This document shows, one piece after another, positions 13,477-28,518 of a stretch of DNA of 64,000 nt. Source of the DNA: Octopus sinensis. Its lineage: Eukaryota. The stretch is taken from NCBI RefSeq assembly GCF_006345805.1, contig NC_043002.1, forward strand, positions 120,218,001 through 120,282,000. The letters are read 5' to 3'. The notes under the pieces were generated by a model. The model was not told the DNA's origin. It saw nothing but the letters and a program-made list of their open reading frames with translations, and did no database searches. A program made the translations under genes and the position numbers. Numbering within the stretch: the first letter of the stretch is position 1; every line of letters begins with the position of its first letter.

Positions 13477-15836
13477 CAACAACAACAATAATTCCGAAAC
13501 GCAGCTGCAACATCAGTAGAGAATCAAGAAGAAGCAACAAGAGTGTCTTAATTACTTGGTTTGTTCTCACTTAAGAGCGTTTTGTGGTCTCTGGTTTCAT
13601 GTTTTAAATAAAATATATTCACCAGATATATTCATTGTTTGACTCGTGGGCATTTAGAATTATAAGACAATTCCAAAAGACACGCCCAGAATACACTTGA
13701 AAGACTGTCACGTACCACACAAAGGTTTAGACATATTCCAATTCCATGTAGTAAAATGGCGTATAATTAAAACACGAATAATAATAATAACAATAACAAC
13801 AACAGCAACAACAAGATCATGATGATAGTTCTTATTACTGTTTCTGTTATTGTTAATACAGTGTTTCCGCTATAGAATCGGTGCTTTTCCTGCATGCCAA
13901 CAGGGAAATGTATCTATTGTCTATACTTAAATGTTTCCCAGAAGTATGTAGAAATTTTAGATAGAGACCTATAGAAATATTTGCAAAATGATATTTTAGA
14001 ATTTTTTTATGTTGGGAGTAGAAAGTAATGAAAATGCTGTGAGTAAAAACATCATATATTATGGTTGATTCCAGAAATTCATATTTCGACAAACAAATAT
14101 AATATCTTTGTTGTTGGACAAGGAAATAGTTTCTAAAACTTTTAGCCAGTAGCGTTACATCAGAGATATATTCATGCATAGCAAATGAAAATCATTTTTA
14201 AGTTATGAAGTAAATTTAATTGGTACCAAGAAATTACTCTTATTCATAAAGATAAATTATATTTAATGTAGAAATTATATTTTTTATAACATTGATATGC
14301 ACAACGATTGCAAAAGATATATAGTTTATCACAAACATTGTAAAATTGAAAGTTATATAGTATATTTTGTTCAAATGTTTTTACTCACACATCAATCCTT
14401 TATTAGGTTACTTATATTATTTTCTTCATGGCGGAATTTCTCGATCAATGATACTGCTGTTTAACTGCAAGTCAGGTCTAATTACGTATATTTGTGATAT
14501 ATTGCATGCTAACCCAGACCATCCCATATTTTCATGTATTTAGATCTACCTTCATCAACGGCAGTGTGATACGTGTGTTCTGTGGCTACTACTTGTGGCA
14601 GACTAAGCAAATATAAAGAAGGTTCTTTGGTTACTTTCCTTATAACAAAATGGGTTTTATTGATTCAATTTCTGTGTTTTCCTGGAGCTGCAAATATTCT
14701 GTGTCACCACCTTCCAAGGTTAGAAACCGTCGTTTAATCCATTAACATGAATAGGGTATTTGCCACAAGTTGGTTCGCGTGTAATCAAATTGTTTTGGTG
14801 ACAATTTAGACCAGTTTGTTGTGAGGATATCTTCTGTTGTTTTCAGTTTTATCGAAAGTAAGTGATCAACACTATCCTTTCTGGGGTTTCCCGTTGTCTA
14901 AGAATACAAAGAGCTAAAATATATTACTGCACCGCTCATTCACAATATTGCCTACACATTTCTTGTAATATAAGAAAAATAAAGACGAAGATATAGTCAC
15001 TAATAAAATCGCAGTATTTTATTCCTTTTATGCTATTCAAATGAGATTTTAGCGGCGATACTATGCTCACTCAGTGAATCACAAACATTTGAATAAAGGA
15101 GATTCTATTGTAGATCAATCCTTTTGAGTTCGAAATTCCAGAAGGCTACATGTACTACTATATCGCCATTACATTTTGAAACATTGTAGCTGTCAATCAT
15201 TACCGGTAAATACTGGTTAAAATGTGAAGAAAATGACTATTGATTTAATAACATAAATAAAAGCAATATAATCATAATCAAATTAATGTGTAATTCTGCT
15301 TGGTATCAAAATCACACCCTGCTTCATTCCACGTTAAAATATTCTTACAAGTGAGCTATTCTCGTTATCTTAAATTGACCATTTTGCATAAATTCAATGA
15401 ATCTGTGAGACGGACAATTTAATAATTCTATTCAAATTTGAATTTGAGTGACGACTTTAATACAGGCTTCTTTTCGTTTTCTTTTTATAGTTTTCTTCCA
15501 TTTCCCTTGTTTAAGTTTTATGGTTTCCTTTGTTGAGATATTGGAATTCAATTTAGAAATAAAACTTATATTTTTAGTTTTGGACTGACTCCCTTCCTTT
15601 TTATTTGTACTTCATTATTTCGAATTTCTTTACAAATTTTGTAAGGTTATCAATCTGAAATAAATTATCTTAATTTGCCTGATATAAAATGAAACGATGC
15701 TGATGTTTGAATATACAGAATTAGAAAGGCGTGAAAAACATGACAATGAAGAAAGTCATTGAACATTAGGGATATTTAAGTGTAGTGAAGAAAGTGGATA
15801 ACATTTTATGTAATGATTGTATTCGTCGCCGAGTTT

Positions 15837-15888
<52 letters not shown>

Positions 15889-18800
15889 ATTAATAAATAA
15901 TGTAGATTTCAAATTTAAGCACAAGGCCAGTAAATTCGGAGGAGGGGGAAAGTCGATTACATCGACCCCCAGTGCTCAACTGATACTTATTTTATAGAGA
16001 CCCCGAAACGATGAATGGCAACGTAAAGATGGACAAAATGCCGCGTGCAACCGATTCCGCCAAGTTTGACGCCTTTCATTTGTAAGTAATACTGATTTCA
16101 AATTTTGGCTCAAGGCCAACAATTTCGGATGTGGGGGTGGGGTGTCGATTATATCGACCCCAGGGTTCAAGTGGTACTTATTCCTTCGACCCCGAAAGAA
16201 CGAAAGGCAAAAACTACCTCGAATGAATTTGAAGTTAGAACGTAAAGACAGAGGAATGCTGGTAATTACTTAACCCGTCGTGCTAACAATTACGCCAGCT
16301 CGACGTCTTTCATTGATAATATCAAAATGAATTTACTCCGACAGTCATATCCACAGATTATGAAATGTATAATTTCCAGAAATATGGTACAGGTAAATCT
16401 AGATATCAGGTCTATATTAATGCCACAATGCTTAATAACGGTAAACATTGAGTTGTTATAATATAGTGTGAAGGAATATTTTAACAAAAATTCAAAATGA
16501 AAATGCTGTACGTATGGTAATGAAGTATGATTTAGATGTTGCAGTGAAGTTCAGGACACTGAGTATTAAATACTGCAACAATAAGTATGAATGCCTGTGT
16601 GTGTATGCTTGTAAGTGTGCACGTCGTTCTCAGAGTTTTATAAACACTATTCTCATCATGGAAGAATTTTGGTTTCTTCGCAAAGTAGTAATTATATTGA
16701 GAAGAGGTGAAGTCCAGTAAATGCTGATATAAATTGGCTATTATAGACGTTGTTTAAAGTTGCAAATTCGCCACGAGGAATGCAACATTATTTCTTAAGA
16801 TAAAGGATGTAGTTTATTGTTGCATGCTATAATTAACTGGACTGTATTCTTTCTGTTGTGCTATTTGGATTTTCTTTTCTATATTTTTTGTCGTTTTCTT
16901 TTGATTCTCGCAAAACGTTACATACACCATTTATAATTTGATCACAACTATACCGGCGTTGTGTCTTCACAATAACTGTGTGTTAGTACGTATTTTCCAT
17001 GTGGAACAGAGAGGACATTATGTGATTACTCGATTTTACCAGAGAAGCTGAAACTAAAAATACAATATTGTGGAGGTCTGCTTGATATTACAACTGTTGT
17101 CATTCTAAGGAAACTGGTTTGGGAAAAATGTAATACAGCAGGTACAGGAAAAGGGAATTGTGATAATTTAAACAGGATGCCCTATTTTAGATACCCACGT
17201 TTACTCCTCAATGTTTAGAAAAACAATTAGAAATGGAATTCTCATATTAATATCTCTGAAGGATACAAACTTTCTGTTGATAATTATTTCAATTTGTGCA
17301 TCTAACCTCGATTAATAGCGATGGCTGGATATACAATATTGTATAATTGAAAAGAATAAATAATTTGAAAATCTTGAGATATGGATATCACTACTACCAG
17401 CAGGTATTTGCGAATAGCAAAGAGATATGTGCAAATTCACAAGAACGTACTATGCGCCGTATTGTTACTTATTTTCGTATAATGTACTCTCAGTCTTGTG
17501 ATACTATATGCTTTTAACAATAGTAAGCACCAATGATTAGGTTGGAAGGGTGGCGGATTAAAAGCAAAAACACTCTGATTGGTTTTGCTTCATCTTTTCT
17601 TATTTACAATTCAAGTCCTACTTATATTCTCCTATGATAATTAAAATACCTGTAATATTTTTGGATCAATGAAATCGAATACATTCAATCAGTTTAATAC
17701 ATTGAATCTAAACAAGAAATATTATAATTATTCTCTCTTCAATATATATCATGTACCACCATATAAAAGGAAAAGTACAAATTAACCCTTTTGTATTTTG
17801 AAACAAGTTTTCACCTATTTGCTTCACTAGAAATATTAAGCAATTTTTTTAAGTAGAAGCTTTGAGAAATAAATGGAAAATAAAGAAATATCGTATTGTT
17901 TCCTCTCTACCATTGGTTACGTACAAACAATCAAGAATGGTTAGGGAAAGTTCTATTATTTTAAAATCTTTTCCTTTATTTTTTTCTCACCGAAGGGCAT
18001 TCCTACACAGATACATTGTTAAGTGTTGTATACACTCACAATAGTATAATATTTACGAAATAATCTTTCGCTTCAAAGCTAATTGAGTATATATATATGA
18101 TAGAAAACATTATTTTCTTTGTTTGGACCATTGATTTACTTCCTGAAAGTCAGTATTTTATTTCTTTTTCGCTGGTATCCTTGTATTTTTCTATTCCATG
18201 AATGAATACAACTCGTTAGGAAATTGATACGTTCAGCCTTGTTTGAACTTCATCGGCTGAGAAAGATGTGAGATAGTCACGTGGACGTATTGGAAACGCA
18301 TCAATCATTACAAAATGCCAATACATACTGTTTAAATCAATTCTGCATATATTTACTTTTGCTCATTTTAACCACCTCCGTCCCTTGAAAAAATTTAACT
18401 TGCTAAAATTTTTATAAATTTCAAAATTGATGTATGTAGTTGTGATGATAGCATAAACCTTTATTTTTCAAAATGGGTTTTTCCCGAAACAATATCTAGG
18501 TAGCTTACAAATGATAAAACTACTCTGATTTTGAATGAACTACTTACATTTATATGTAATGATGTCCTGATGTTATTCGAGCCCTAACAAATGTTAATTA
18601 CTATCACATAATGGTAGGTGAGAGAGTTTCGATTCCTAATTTAGACAGTTCACTTCACTTACTGTGCATGCCTCCAATTTCTTGTGGGCGAAACAGCTCA
18701 AAGAGGAAGAAAAGTATGTAAAGTTGAATTATTTTTCGTACACATTTTTCGATTATCATGAAATGAAGTGTCCTGGCTCCGAATGATTCGAGTTACCGAA

Positions 18801-19810
18801 AACAGCAATGATCTAATTTTCCCTGTAGATGGCAAGATGTTGATCGAGTCTAAAGGACGTAAAACCATTATTATATGAACCCAAGTCCCTTGTAACTAGG
18901 TTAAGAGGCGACAGAACTTCCCTTATTCGTAATCTGCAGGCAAAGTTAACACATGCACCAATACATTCACAAAGTGTGTATGCATGTAGTTAACTAGCAA
19001 CTTAGCTACAGAGATAGATAAAGCACTCAAAAGTATAGCCATAGGAAATATTAGATAAACAAAAAGTAAATAATTCACTAGAAGAGGAGAAATATGAAAA
19101 TAAACAACAATCGAAGAAATTGTACGATGAATATATTCGCCAATAATTGTACGATGAATATATTCGCCAATAAAAAAGCGTAAGATGTAACGGCTTGGAT
19201 ATATGCATGTATATGTGTGCGTGTGCGTGTGTATGTGTTTGTGTGTGTATACACATGTATACACACACATTTCACCTTCGTAACTCCTCATTACATAATA
19301 GATTCTCTGATGTCATTCATTCTTATAAACACGAGTACTACTTATCTTTCACGCACTTCGCCGAATCCATATAATTCCATAATAAGTTTCGATACCCTAC
19401 AAAAAGTACTTTAAACCAAGACAGAGTCAGCGTTGCAACCTACTACTTGAAAAAATACGACCCCACCCCTTTTACTCTCTTTCATACACACATCTCAAGT
19501 TTCTTCCAAATTCTTCAAATCTTCACACTTCCCTCTTAGACTCCCCACCTTTTCCAGTCACAAAATGTTCTTAACAATACCCCACTCATTTGAAAACTGA
19601 CCAATCTTCCCCTTCCCAACTATTCAATTCCCTATTCTTCTATTGACCATAACATCCCACTCATCCCCTCCAATACCAACCCAGTTCTTTTGTCGCACTA
19701 AAAACTACTTTTGACCACCTTCTCACCCGCTGACTACTGAACCAGTCAACTCAGTTCCCTTAAATAATAGCCCTTCCTATTTACCTATCTCAACCTTTAA
19801 CTCTAATAGC

Positions 19811-20245
19811 TATTTCTTTACTACCCACAAGGGGCTAAACATAGAGGGGACAAACAAGAACATAGGTATTAAGTCGATTACATCGATTCCAGAGCTGGCA
19901 GAAACGTTAGCACGCCGGGCGAAATGCGTAGCCGTATTTCGTCTGTCGTTACGTTGTGAGTTCAAATTCCGCCGAGGACGACTTTGCCTTTCATCCTTTC
20001 GGGGTCGATAATTTAAGTACCAGTTACGCACTAGGGTCGATATAATCGACTTAATACCTATGTCTGTCCTTGTTTGTCCCCTCTGTGTTTAGCCCATTGC
20101 GGGTAATAAAGAAATAGGTACTTAATTTATCGACCCCGAAAGGATGAAAGGTAAAGTCGACCTCGGCGGAATTTGAACTCACAACGTAACGCAGACGAAA
20201 TACCGCTAAGCATTTCGCCCGGCGTGCAAACGTTTCTGCCAGCTC
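19811..20245. mobile_element. Compound SINE: a + copy (19891-20118) nested in an antisense copy of the same family
   Basis: Family GAGCTGGCAGAAACGTTAGCACGCCGGGCGAAATG...GAGTTCAAATTCCGCCGAGG. 20-bp TSD CAACCTTTAACTCTAATAGC at 19791-19810 and 20246-20265. Confidence 0.82.
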
Positions 20246-20721
20246 CAACCTTTAACTCTAATAGCATTCACACAAACTAACGCAAAGGTCACCTTACACA
20301 TACCACCTAAACCACTCTTGCCCTTTCCTCCCACTTTTCACCTATACTACTATAACTAGCCTTCAGGGAAGAGTTTTACATTTGAGTTGTTTACAAAATA
20401 GTGATTAGCGGTAGAATGATTTTGTGGAGAAATAAGTGTATCAGAAACATAAGTCGGGGGGTGTTTAGACAGAGAGTAGTGGGAGGGGAAAATAGATTTC
20501 GGGGTTAGGGTTAATAAAAAGGACATTTTTTATATGTATGCATATCTACATTTTTATGTATTAAATGTATTTAATACTTTTTGTATATTGATTTACCTAA
20601 CTTGTTTATCCTTACATTTACTCCATACACACATACACACACACATATATATATATATATTATATATATATATATTATATATATATATATGAGTGTGTGT
20701 GCGTATGTATACATATGTATG

Positions 20722-20782
<61 letters not shown>

Positions 20783-20784
<2 letters not shown>

Positions 20785-20991
20785 AAATGTGACCTAGTGT
20801 GTACCGTTGGTGATTTTTTCCCTCTGTCTTCCCTTCTCTGGATCTTTCCTTCTCCTATGTTTCCTACGAAGAGCTCCGCTCGCAACGTTAAACCCTCCTT
20901 CTTCCCTACTTTCCTGAGCGTCAAATAATACTATATTTGTTCCAAGTCCTCGCGTTGTTGTGATTTTTTGTGTTTTCTTGTTTGAATTAAC
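20783..20991 (+). mobile_element. pLTR-like insert in (TA)n with a degenerate hammerhead at 20859-20893
   Basis: GTTT CCTACGA A GAGC TCC GCTC GCAA CGT T AAAC, then TTCCTGAGCGT...AATTAACTA. A fragment of the same tail lies on - at about 48167-48230. Confidence 0.55.
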
Positions 20992-21074
<83 letters not shown>

Positions 21075-21809
21075 GTGTGTGTGTGTATTTACACACTTAC
21101 ATACACGAGCACGCGTGTATGTGTCCGTGTGTGGGTCGTTTCCATATTTATTTTGCGAGACTCTGGATGCGAAATCGTGTTTTGAACAGCTATTGTATCT
21201 TGGTAGCCAGTGAAGTAATCGTCTGACCCAGAAACGTCTGATATATCAGCCAATCAATTCGCTAGTTTGTTAAATGTCTTTCTTTACCATTCGCAAAGTC
21301 ATCAATGACCTGGCCTCATTACTCCAGGTCTGTCAAAACGCTTTGAAACAGCATATAATATCTTTTGTCAGTAATTATAACAGTTTTGATTATCTGTGTA
21401 TGTGTACATGTCTCGTTTCTCTTTGAGATCATCCATTTGTTGTTATTTACATGATCAGTGTTTATATATGCATAAATATTCTGCATTTCTGCCTGTGTCG
21501 AAATATATGTCGCTGCTAAACTGTATACGTTCACACGAGTGAGTATATGCACTCCATTGTGTGTGCGCACACGTTGTGTGTGTGTGTGTGTATGTGTGTG
21601 TGTGTGTGTGGCTGTGTGTGTTCACAACAGCTTATGTATGTCAGTATGTCTGTTATACCTATATATTAGCATTCATATCTGAGTACACAGGCAGCGGTTC
21701 TCTTTCAGGTTTTATTATTAATTTTTTTTCGTCTCAGGAAATACATATGTACAAACTCTCTTTCACACACACACATGTACACACATACATACATATACAT
21801 ACACACACA

Positions 21810-21868
<59 letters not shown>

Positions 21869-21987
21869 CTTTGATACTTTGATACTTTGATAGGTTTCGG
21901 CCATTATTGGCCCAGGCCATGTCTAACTTAATAGCACCATATATACCCATAAGTTATGCATTTATATAATTATATATATATATATAT

Positions 21988-22171
21988 TACGGAGATGTAC
22001 TTGCATAGCAAGTGACCTGACCTGAGATCGTGATGCAGCACGGAGTTTTGTCAGTGAACAGGTTGCGGTCTCATAGCGACGAAAATATTTTGACAAATTA
22101 AATTTAAATGTTGAAGTGAATCTAACGGTTTTTGTGTTTCTTAAATGGCTTATAAACACCTTCCACGCTGC

Positions 22172-22174
<3 letters not shown>
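21988..22174 (+). mobile_element. (TA)n-flanked repeat with a hammerhead-like three-way junction (22047-22097)
   Basis: TTTGTC/GACAAA, GTTGC/GCGAC, GAAA and palindromic AAAATATTTT are present, but the core is AGTGAACAG. A fragment of the same repeat lies at about 63840-63895. Confidence 0.5.
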
Positions 22175-22206
<32 letters not shown>

Positions 22207-24027
22207 CTTACACACGCATGCACACACTAAAACCTATGCACATGCACACACACACACACACCTATACGTAAGAAGATCTGCAATATTACAAAGTTACGGC
22301 AACAAAATTATTAATATGTTTCTCTCCAAATGATGTACCCTTATTGGATAATGTCGCAGTCTTTTACAATTTCATATTTTATAAATATAATATCAAATAT
22401 ATGTGTATATATATATACTTGCGTACATAGATTTACATGATTTATTTATTTACGTATATATATGTTACATGAGTGCACTTTCTGTGCATGTCTTTTTGTA
22501 AGTGTTGAACTGAAATCATTTCTTTCTAACATATTTACTGAAAATGACGTACTTTTGAAAGTAATGCTCTAATTAATAATTGCCTCGGGCCTGTTGTTTC
22601 TATCGTATTATATCATGAAGAACCTGTTTGTAAATATTTTGTGAATGTTATGAAAGAATTCGAACAAAATATCGTCCTTATCAGCATCATAATATTTGTG
22701 AGAATGTTCTGTGCATATTTCAGTTCATCACGATTGTTATATATAATTATCATTACGTACCTTATTAACATGATGATAACTTTGATGATCATTGTTTCTA
22801 GGATCTTCATCGCTACTATGAATGCCATCATCATCATCATCATTATGACCATGATTATTATCATCACCATCATTGTCATCATTATCACCATCGTCATCCT
22901 TATCATCCTCCTCATCTCAACAGAAGTTTTATTCTTTTCTGCAATAGACGGCTTTGATTCAGGTTATTCGCTCGTCTTCCTCACCATTCACAAGCTTTAT
23001 GTAAATATACTGGATTGCTTTTAAAAAGCACTCACAACATTGCTCACAACCTGCGAACATGTTTAGTGCTTTCGCCCCTAATCGCTTGCACACAATTCTC
23101 AACAAGCAATTTACAGTGTTCCAAATCAGTTGCTTCACAGATCTTTGATTTGGCAAAATCATTTTAACCTACAACACTTAAACAAATTCTGCAACCCATC
23201 CGTATATACAAATACCATCAGTATTCCGCCCTCCTCGCTAAACTCACTACTACGCCTATTCCTCCTTATATCAATCCTTTAGAAATCTGGTTCCAAGCAA
23301 TAGATGTAGCCAAACATACCGTGTCCATTCTTACCAGCAAGATAAACAAACATTAAATGGGACCTGCCACCACATTAATTATATGCACAAGTGATGGTAG
23401 TTTCTCGTAATCCAACAAAGACAGTTGTGATATTTCCTGCTGAGCAACCTACACAAATGATTGGTTTTAGTGATTAAAAATATGTGCTGTACATTAATTG
23501 GTTCACTCCCTTCTATCAAATCGACATCGCCTGGACAAGTGCATGGTGTATTCAAGTGAAAACAGAGCAATGTGAAATGAAGCGCTTTGTCCAAGAACAC
23601 AACAAACACAACACCCAGTCCAGGAGCTGAAACCACGATCTCGCGGTTATGAGTTCAACATTCTAACCACTATGCCATCCTACCTCTCATATATAGCAGT
23701 AAGATAAGTGCAAATACAATTTGATTGTTCCCAGATGCATCGCTTGTCCACTAAAAAAACAAAGCAAGAATAGAATATAAACAATATATTTGATATATTA
23801 TTGATCACATCACCAAAATAAACTAACTATCAAAAGCATCCCTGAAATCAAAGGGGCCCAGCATCCCATTCAGAAGGAGACAGACTCCAAAACAACACAC
23901 CGTCTGCAAATCCTTTATCATCATCATCGTCATGACAGCTTTCATCTTTACCACCGTCTGCTTCGAAATTACTGTAATCATTTATGAACTACCACTATCA
24001 GTAGTGGTAAGTGTAAAAAAAACCTAT

Positions 24028-24095
24028 TCATCGTCATCATCGTCGTTGTTGTCATCGTCATCTTCGCCATCATCATCATCATCATCGTCATCATT

Positions 24096-24128
<33 letters not shown>

Positions 24129-24259
24129 TTCGTCGCCTCTGGCATCATCTGCAACTGAGTCGTCGGGATGAAACCTATTCATCGTCATCATCGTCGTTGT
24201 TGTCGTCGTCGTCTTCGCCATCATCATCATCATCATCATCATCATCGTCATAGTCATCG

Positions 24260-24302
<43 letters not shown>

Positions 24303-24328
24303 AGTCATCGTCATCATTATCCTCATCC

Positions 24329-24366
<38 letters not shown>

Positions 24367-24375
24367 GTCATCATT

Positions 24376-24415
<40 letters not shown>

Positions 24416-24440
24416 ACATCATCATCATCATCATCTTCGT
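24028..24440. repeat. (CAT)n microsatellite complex
   Basis: Direct reading; source of the spurious poly-M/H/S ORFs. Confidence 0.95.
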
Positions 24441-24753
24441 CGCCTCTGACATCACCTGCAATTGAGTCGTTACTGAGATGTTACTGGCCATCGTTGCCCT
24501 CATCGTCATCGTGCTATTGTCGCTGCCTCATGTAAATGAACCATCATCGTGGCTTATCAGACCATTGATTACACTAATTTACCTGCCGTTTTCTTCTTTC
24601 TCTTTTTTTCTTCTAGTTATTCACGGCGACAGTGAGATTGAACGCAGCAATAACAGCGCAGGTAATCACGGCAAACAATAGCGCACGCCACTCAGGGATG
24701 GATTTAGGCTAGAGAACTTGCGCTCCGTATCTGATGGATGACTATCCTCCTAC

Positions 24754-24811
<58 letters not shown>

Positions 24812-24815
<4 letters not shown>

Positions 24816-25251
24816 ATAAATATTAGGGAATAAATCCAAATTTACAGGGAAAAAATCAGATTTAGGATTAAATCCAATTTTATAGTAAAATATTATAAAA
24901 TATTATTAGAGACAAAACCACTATTTTGCAAAACAAACAAGGAAAGACTTAATCAATACATAAAATTTTAATAAATAGTCAAAAAAACCGCCACTACAAT
25001 CGTTTCTTGTCTTGATCGACAATCTTCAGGTGGACTTCCAATAAGTCAGTTTCAAATTATGAAGTCATAATTATGAATTTCAAATTATGACTTCATAATT
25101 TGAAACTGACTTATTGGAAGTCCACCTGAAGATTGTCGATCAAGACAAGAAACGATTGTAGTGGCGGTTTTTTTGACTATTTATTAAAATTTTATGTATT
25201 GATTAAGTCTTTCCTTGTTTGTTTTGCAAAATAGTGGTTTTGTCTCTAATA

Positions 25252-25261
<10 letters not shown>
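24812..25261. mobile_element. Non-autonomous PLE-type palindromic element with two hammerheads
   Basis: Arms 24894-25072 and 25083-25261 (179 bp, no mismatch seen by eye), 10-nt spacer. The left arm extends about 80 nt further. Flanked by (TA)n on both sides. Confidence 0.8.
25122..25164 (+). ncRNA. Minimal type-I hammerhead (mirror copy at 24991-25033 on -)
   Basis: Stem I CCAC/GTGG, core CTGAAGA, stem II TTGTC/GACAA, GAAA, stem III AC-GATT-GT, site GUA. Confidence 0.78.
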
Positions 25262-25298
<37 letters not shown>

Positions 25299-26064
25299 GT
25301 ACATATGCATATACATGTATATGCGTAGATGCATATATATGTATGTATGGATTTACCAGGACGTCATACGTAATAATAACAACCGTAACAACACCAGAAG
25401 CACCATAGTCTTTGTAGGCATGATCAAAATTTAGTGACATACCTATACTCAATATACATATGGACTGATAGACCGCTTACGACATGTGTTACAAATACAA
25501 GTGACGTTAAGAATATCATACGACTCATGACGTATGAAATAGGCAATATCGAACATCATTATATATTTTATACAACAGAGGTAAACTCTACCTCTAACGT
25601 CGTAGCTTCTTGTGTCATAAGTTCGTGTTTAAATCCAAAACAGTTATTTTTATTTATTTATTTATTTATTTATTTTTTGCTTTTTAAATATTAAGAAAAT
25701 TCTATATTATGTTGCTTTGTATAGGTAGTAGTAACAGATGTTTTGCTTACAATGGGAAGTTGCTTGTTATTGTTTAGGGTCAATATCCAGTCGACCGCAA
25801 TGAAATCATAGGATACATTCAAAATGATCTTGTCCGATATGTTATATCGATATGACACGATTAATTTTACATGATTTTGTGGTTATCACAATATTTTGTG
25901 TAATAGAAGATATAATGTCTATAAAAGCACTGTATATGCATTTATGTATATATATATAAATATATATACATATATATACACATGCATATATTTGTGTATG
26001 TATAATATATATGTATATAGGTGTGTGTATACATACACACATATATATATACATATATATATGC

Positions 26065-26171
<107 letters not shown>

Positions 26172-27439
26172 CACACGCGCGCGCATACACCAACATAAGA
26201 ATGTGATGTTTGGTTTATTAAAGTAGCTTACGTTAAAATCACTTCTGCAATGAAGTAGGGATAGAGATATTTTTACGTTTTATTGTGGATGGACCATAAG
26301 ATATGGTATAGTTAATAATTAGGGAGAAGGCTTCGATATGTTGTAACATAAATTATGATATGGAATTTTTTTCATTAGCATTGTCGTGTCTCCATTGATA
26401 CATGTTTTGGTTATCCCCTTCTACATTCATAACAATAATGTTCATTATATTCCCCTTAATTACAGCTTCCTTGATATTTTTTATATTAACATAGGAATAG
26501 GACACTAAGTGGTTTAAACAATGCATACTACTAAAACGTATACTATTAAAAATAAAATTTCTACTACACATATAATGACTATATGATGACAGATGCGAAT
26601 GATAATGTGTCTAATATAGTCCAAGTATGAATAAATAAAGTATGCCATCCAAGAGAACAGTAGAAACCGTGCCTGGAAATACATTTTCCTTAAATATTAT
26701 ATAGCCTAGAAAAGACTGTACTTTGTAACAAGTGCGAAGGATAGGGACACAATATTTGATGAGAGAATAAATCGCCAGTGCATCAGTTGTGTCTAGGCAT
26801 GATGGAATACATCTGTTTATCTCTATTTTAGAAACCCCAAAACAACAGATATTATACAGTACATTCACAGACTGTATATCAATAATGTTGCAAATATTTA
26901 TTGTGTAAGTTGGAGAACAATATTAATCTCTTAGTGAACTGTAATTATCGTTAGATTGTCTCTCTTAAACGGAACAATAATATACGCAGAAAAAGCGAAA
27001 CAGATTTAGTGAAAGTATTCTAAGAAAGCATACAAAAAGTATGGTTAATGCAAGATGGACTCTACTATACTAACTCAACATCGACTCATTATATACCAAA
27101 AAGCAGTTTATCAGTTACATCACCATTATCAATAAAAAAGCTGTGTCACTGTAAATATTGAAAATATTATCTGTGGTAGTAAATATTGAAAATATATCAC
27201 ATAAAGATTTATGCTGCATCATTGTGCATAAGAAATATATGTACACACCTATGATTAGTATGTGGTGGCAGATTTTAAAAACTTATATGTAACGATTTGA
27301 TATCGGTAACATCATATACAGCATATCAACACAAAATTTCTATAATTTCTTTTCTGGAAGGAATGGTATGAACGTTAATAGTTGACTAGGTAGTGAGTCA
27401 GAGGAGATGTTTTATAATTTAGCGGAATTGGATACAAAT

Positions 27440-27513
<74 letters not shown>

Positions 27514-28322
27514 TTATATATATATATATATATTCATCATCACTGGCATGTGTGCGATATATGATGCCATGAATGTCATGTTTGATAACATTTGATTTAT
27601 ATTTCATTATTCGATAATTCCATGCGAGATGTTTTACATAATACTGACAAGGAGGATATAGAAGTGATTTTTGATAAGAGAAACCAAAGATAAATAAAGA
27701 ATAACGTGCGTCGCAATAGATATCAGATATATCCCCAATGATAAAAGAAACGGCAGCATCATTAATCTACATGAAAATAGCTATATATAACCGATTTGAT
27801 TGTGAATACGAATAGTAATGAACTACAGTATGTATCAGCAATATCAAGCATACAACAATCAAGCATAAATAGGACAACATGCTATATACAAACAATATCG
27901 TTGAGACAATAGATGTTAATAATATGTGTAATAACATATATAACAAACTGTAGTGATAAAAAACATAGCTATGCATATATAAACATCTAGGGATTGAATA
28001 CAAAATTTATTCCACTAACACACACGGGTGTGTGTGTGTATATATGTGTGTGGTGCTTGCGTCATAATTGTGAATGTAAATTTATTTAATCTCTAAACAT
28101 TCATATGGAGAAATATCATACATACTTATATATGTGTGTTTATGTATATGTGTATATATATACGCATATATATGTATGTGTATACATATATCTACATATG
28201 TATATAAATATGTATATATACATATATATACATATATGTATATATACAGACATATACATACATACATGTAAATATGCATGTATGTGTATATATATATATT
28301 TATATACATATATGTATATATA

Positions 28323-28370
<48 letters not shown>

Positions 28371-28441
28371 ACATATATATATATGTATTTACGTATATAT
28401 TTATATATTTATATATTATATATTTATATATAAAAATATAT

Positions 28442-28517
<76 letters not shown>

Positions 28518-28518
<1 letters not shown>

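Noticed and set aside
13853-14179. 108-aa ORF
   Set aside because: AT-rich with no recognisable motif; expected by chance.
14600-14900. Minus-strand EDILTTNWSKL, reminiscent of the nAChR ILTTNxW motif
   Set aside because: The frame contains stops, it has the wrong strand and context, and there are no splice signals.
19118-19171. 27-bp tandem duplication (similar short duplications at 58925, 61950 and 63606)
   Set aside because: Two-copy slippage duplications without spacers; not CRISPR-like.
21893-21935. Minus-strand GGCC..GGCC GAAAC motif
   Set aside because: No recognisable core, stem I or stem III.
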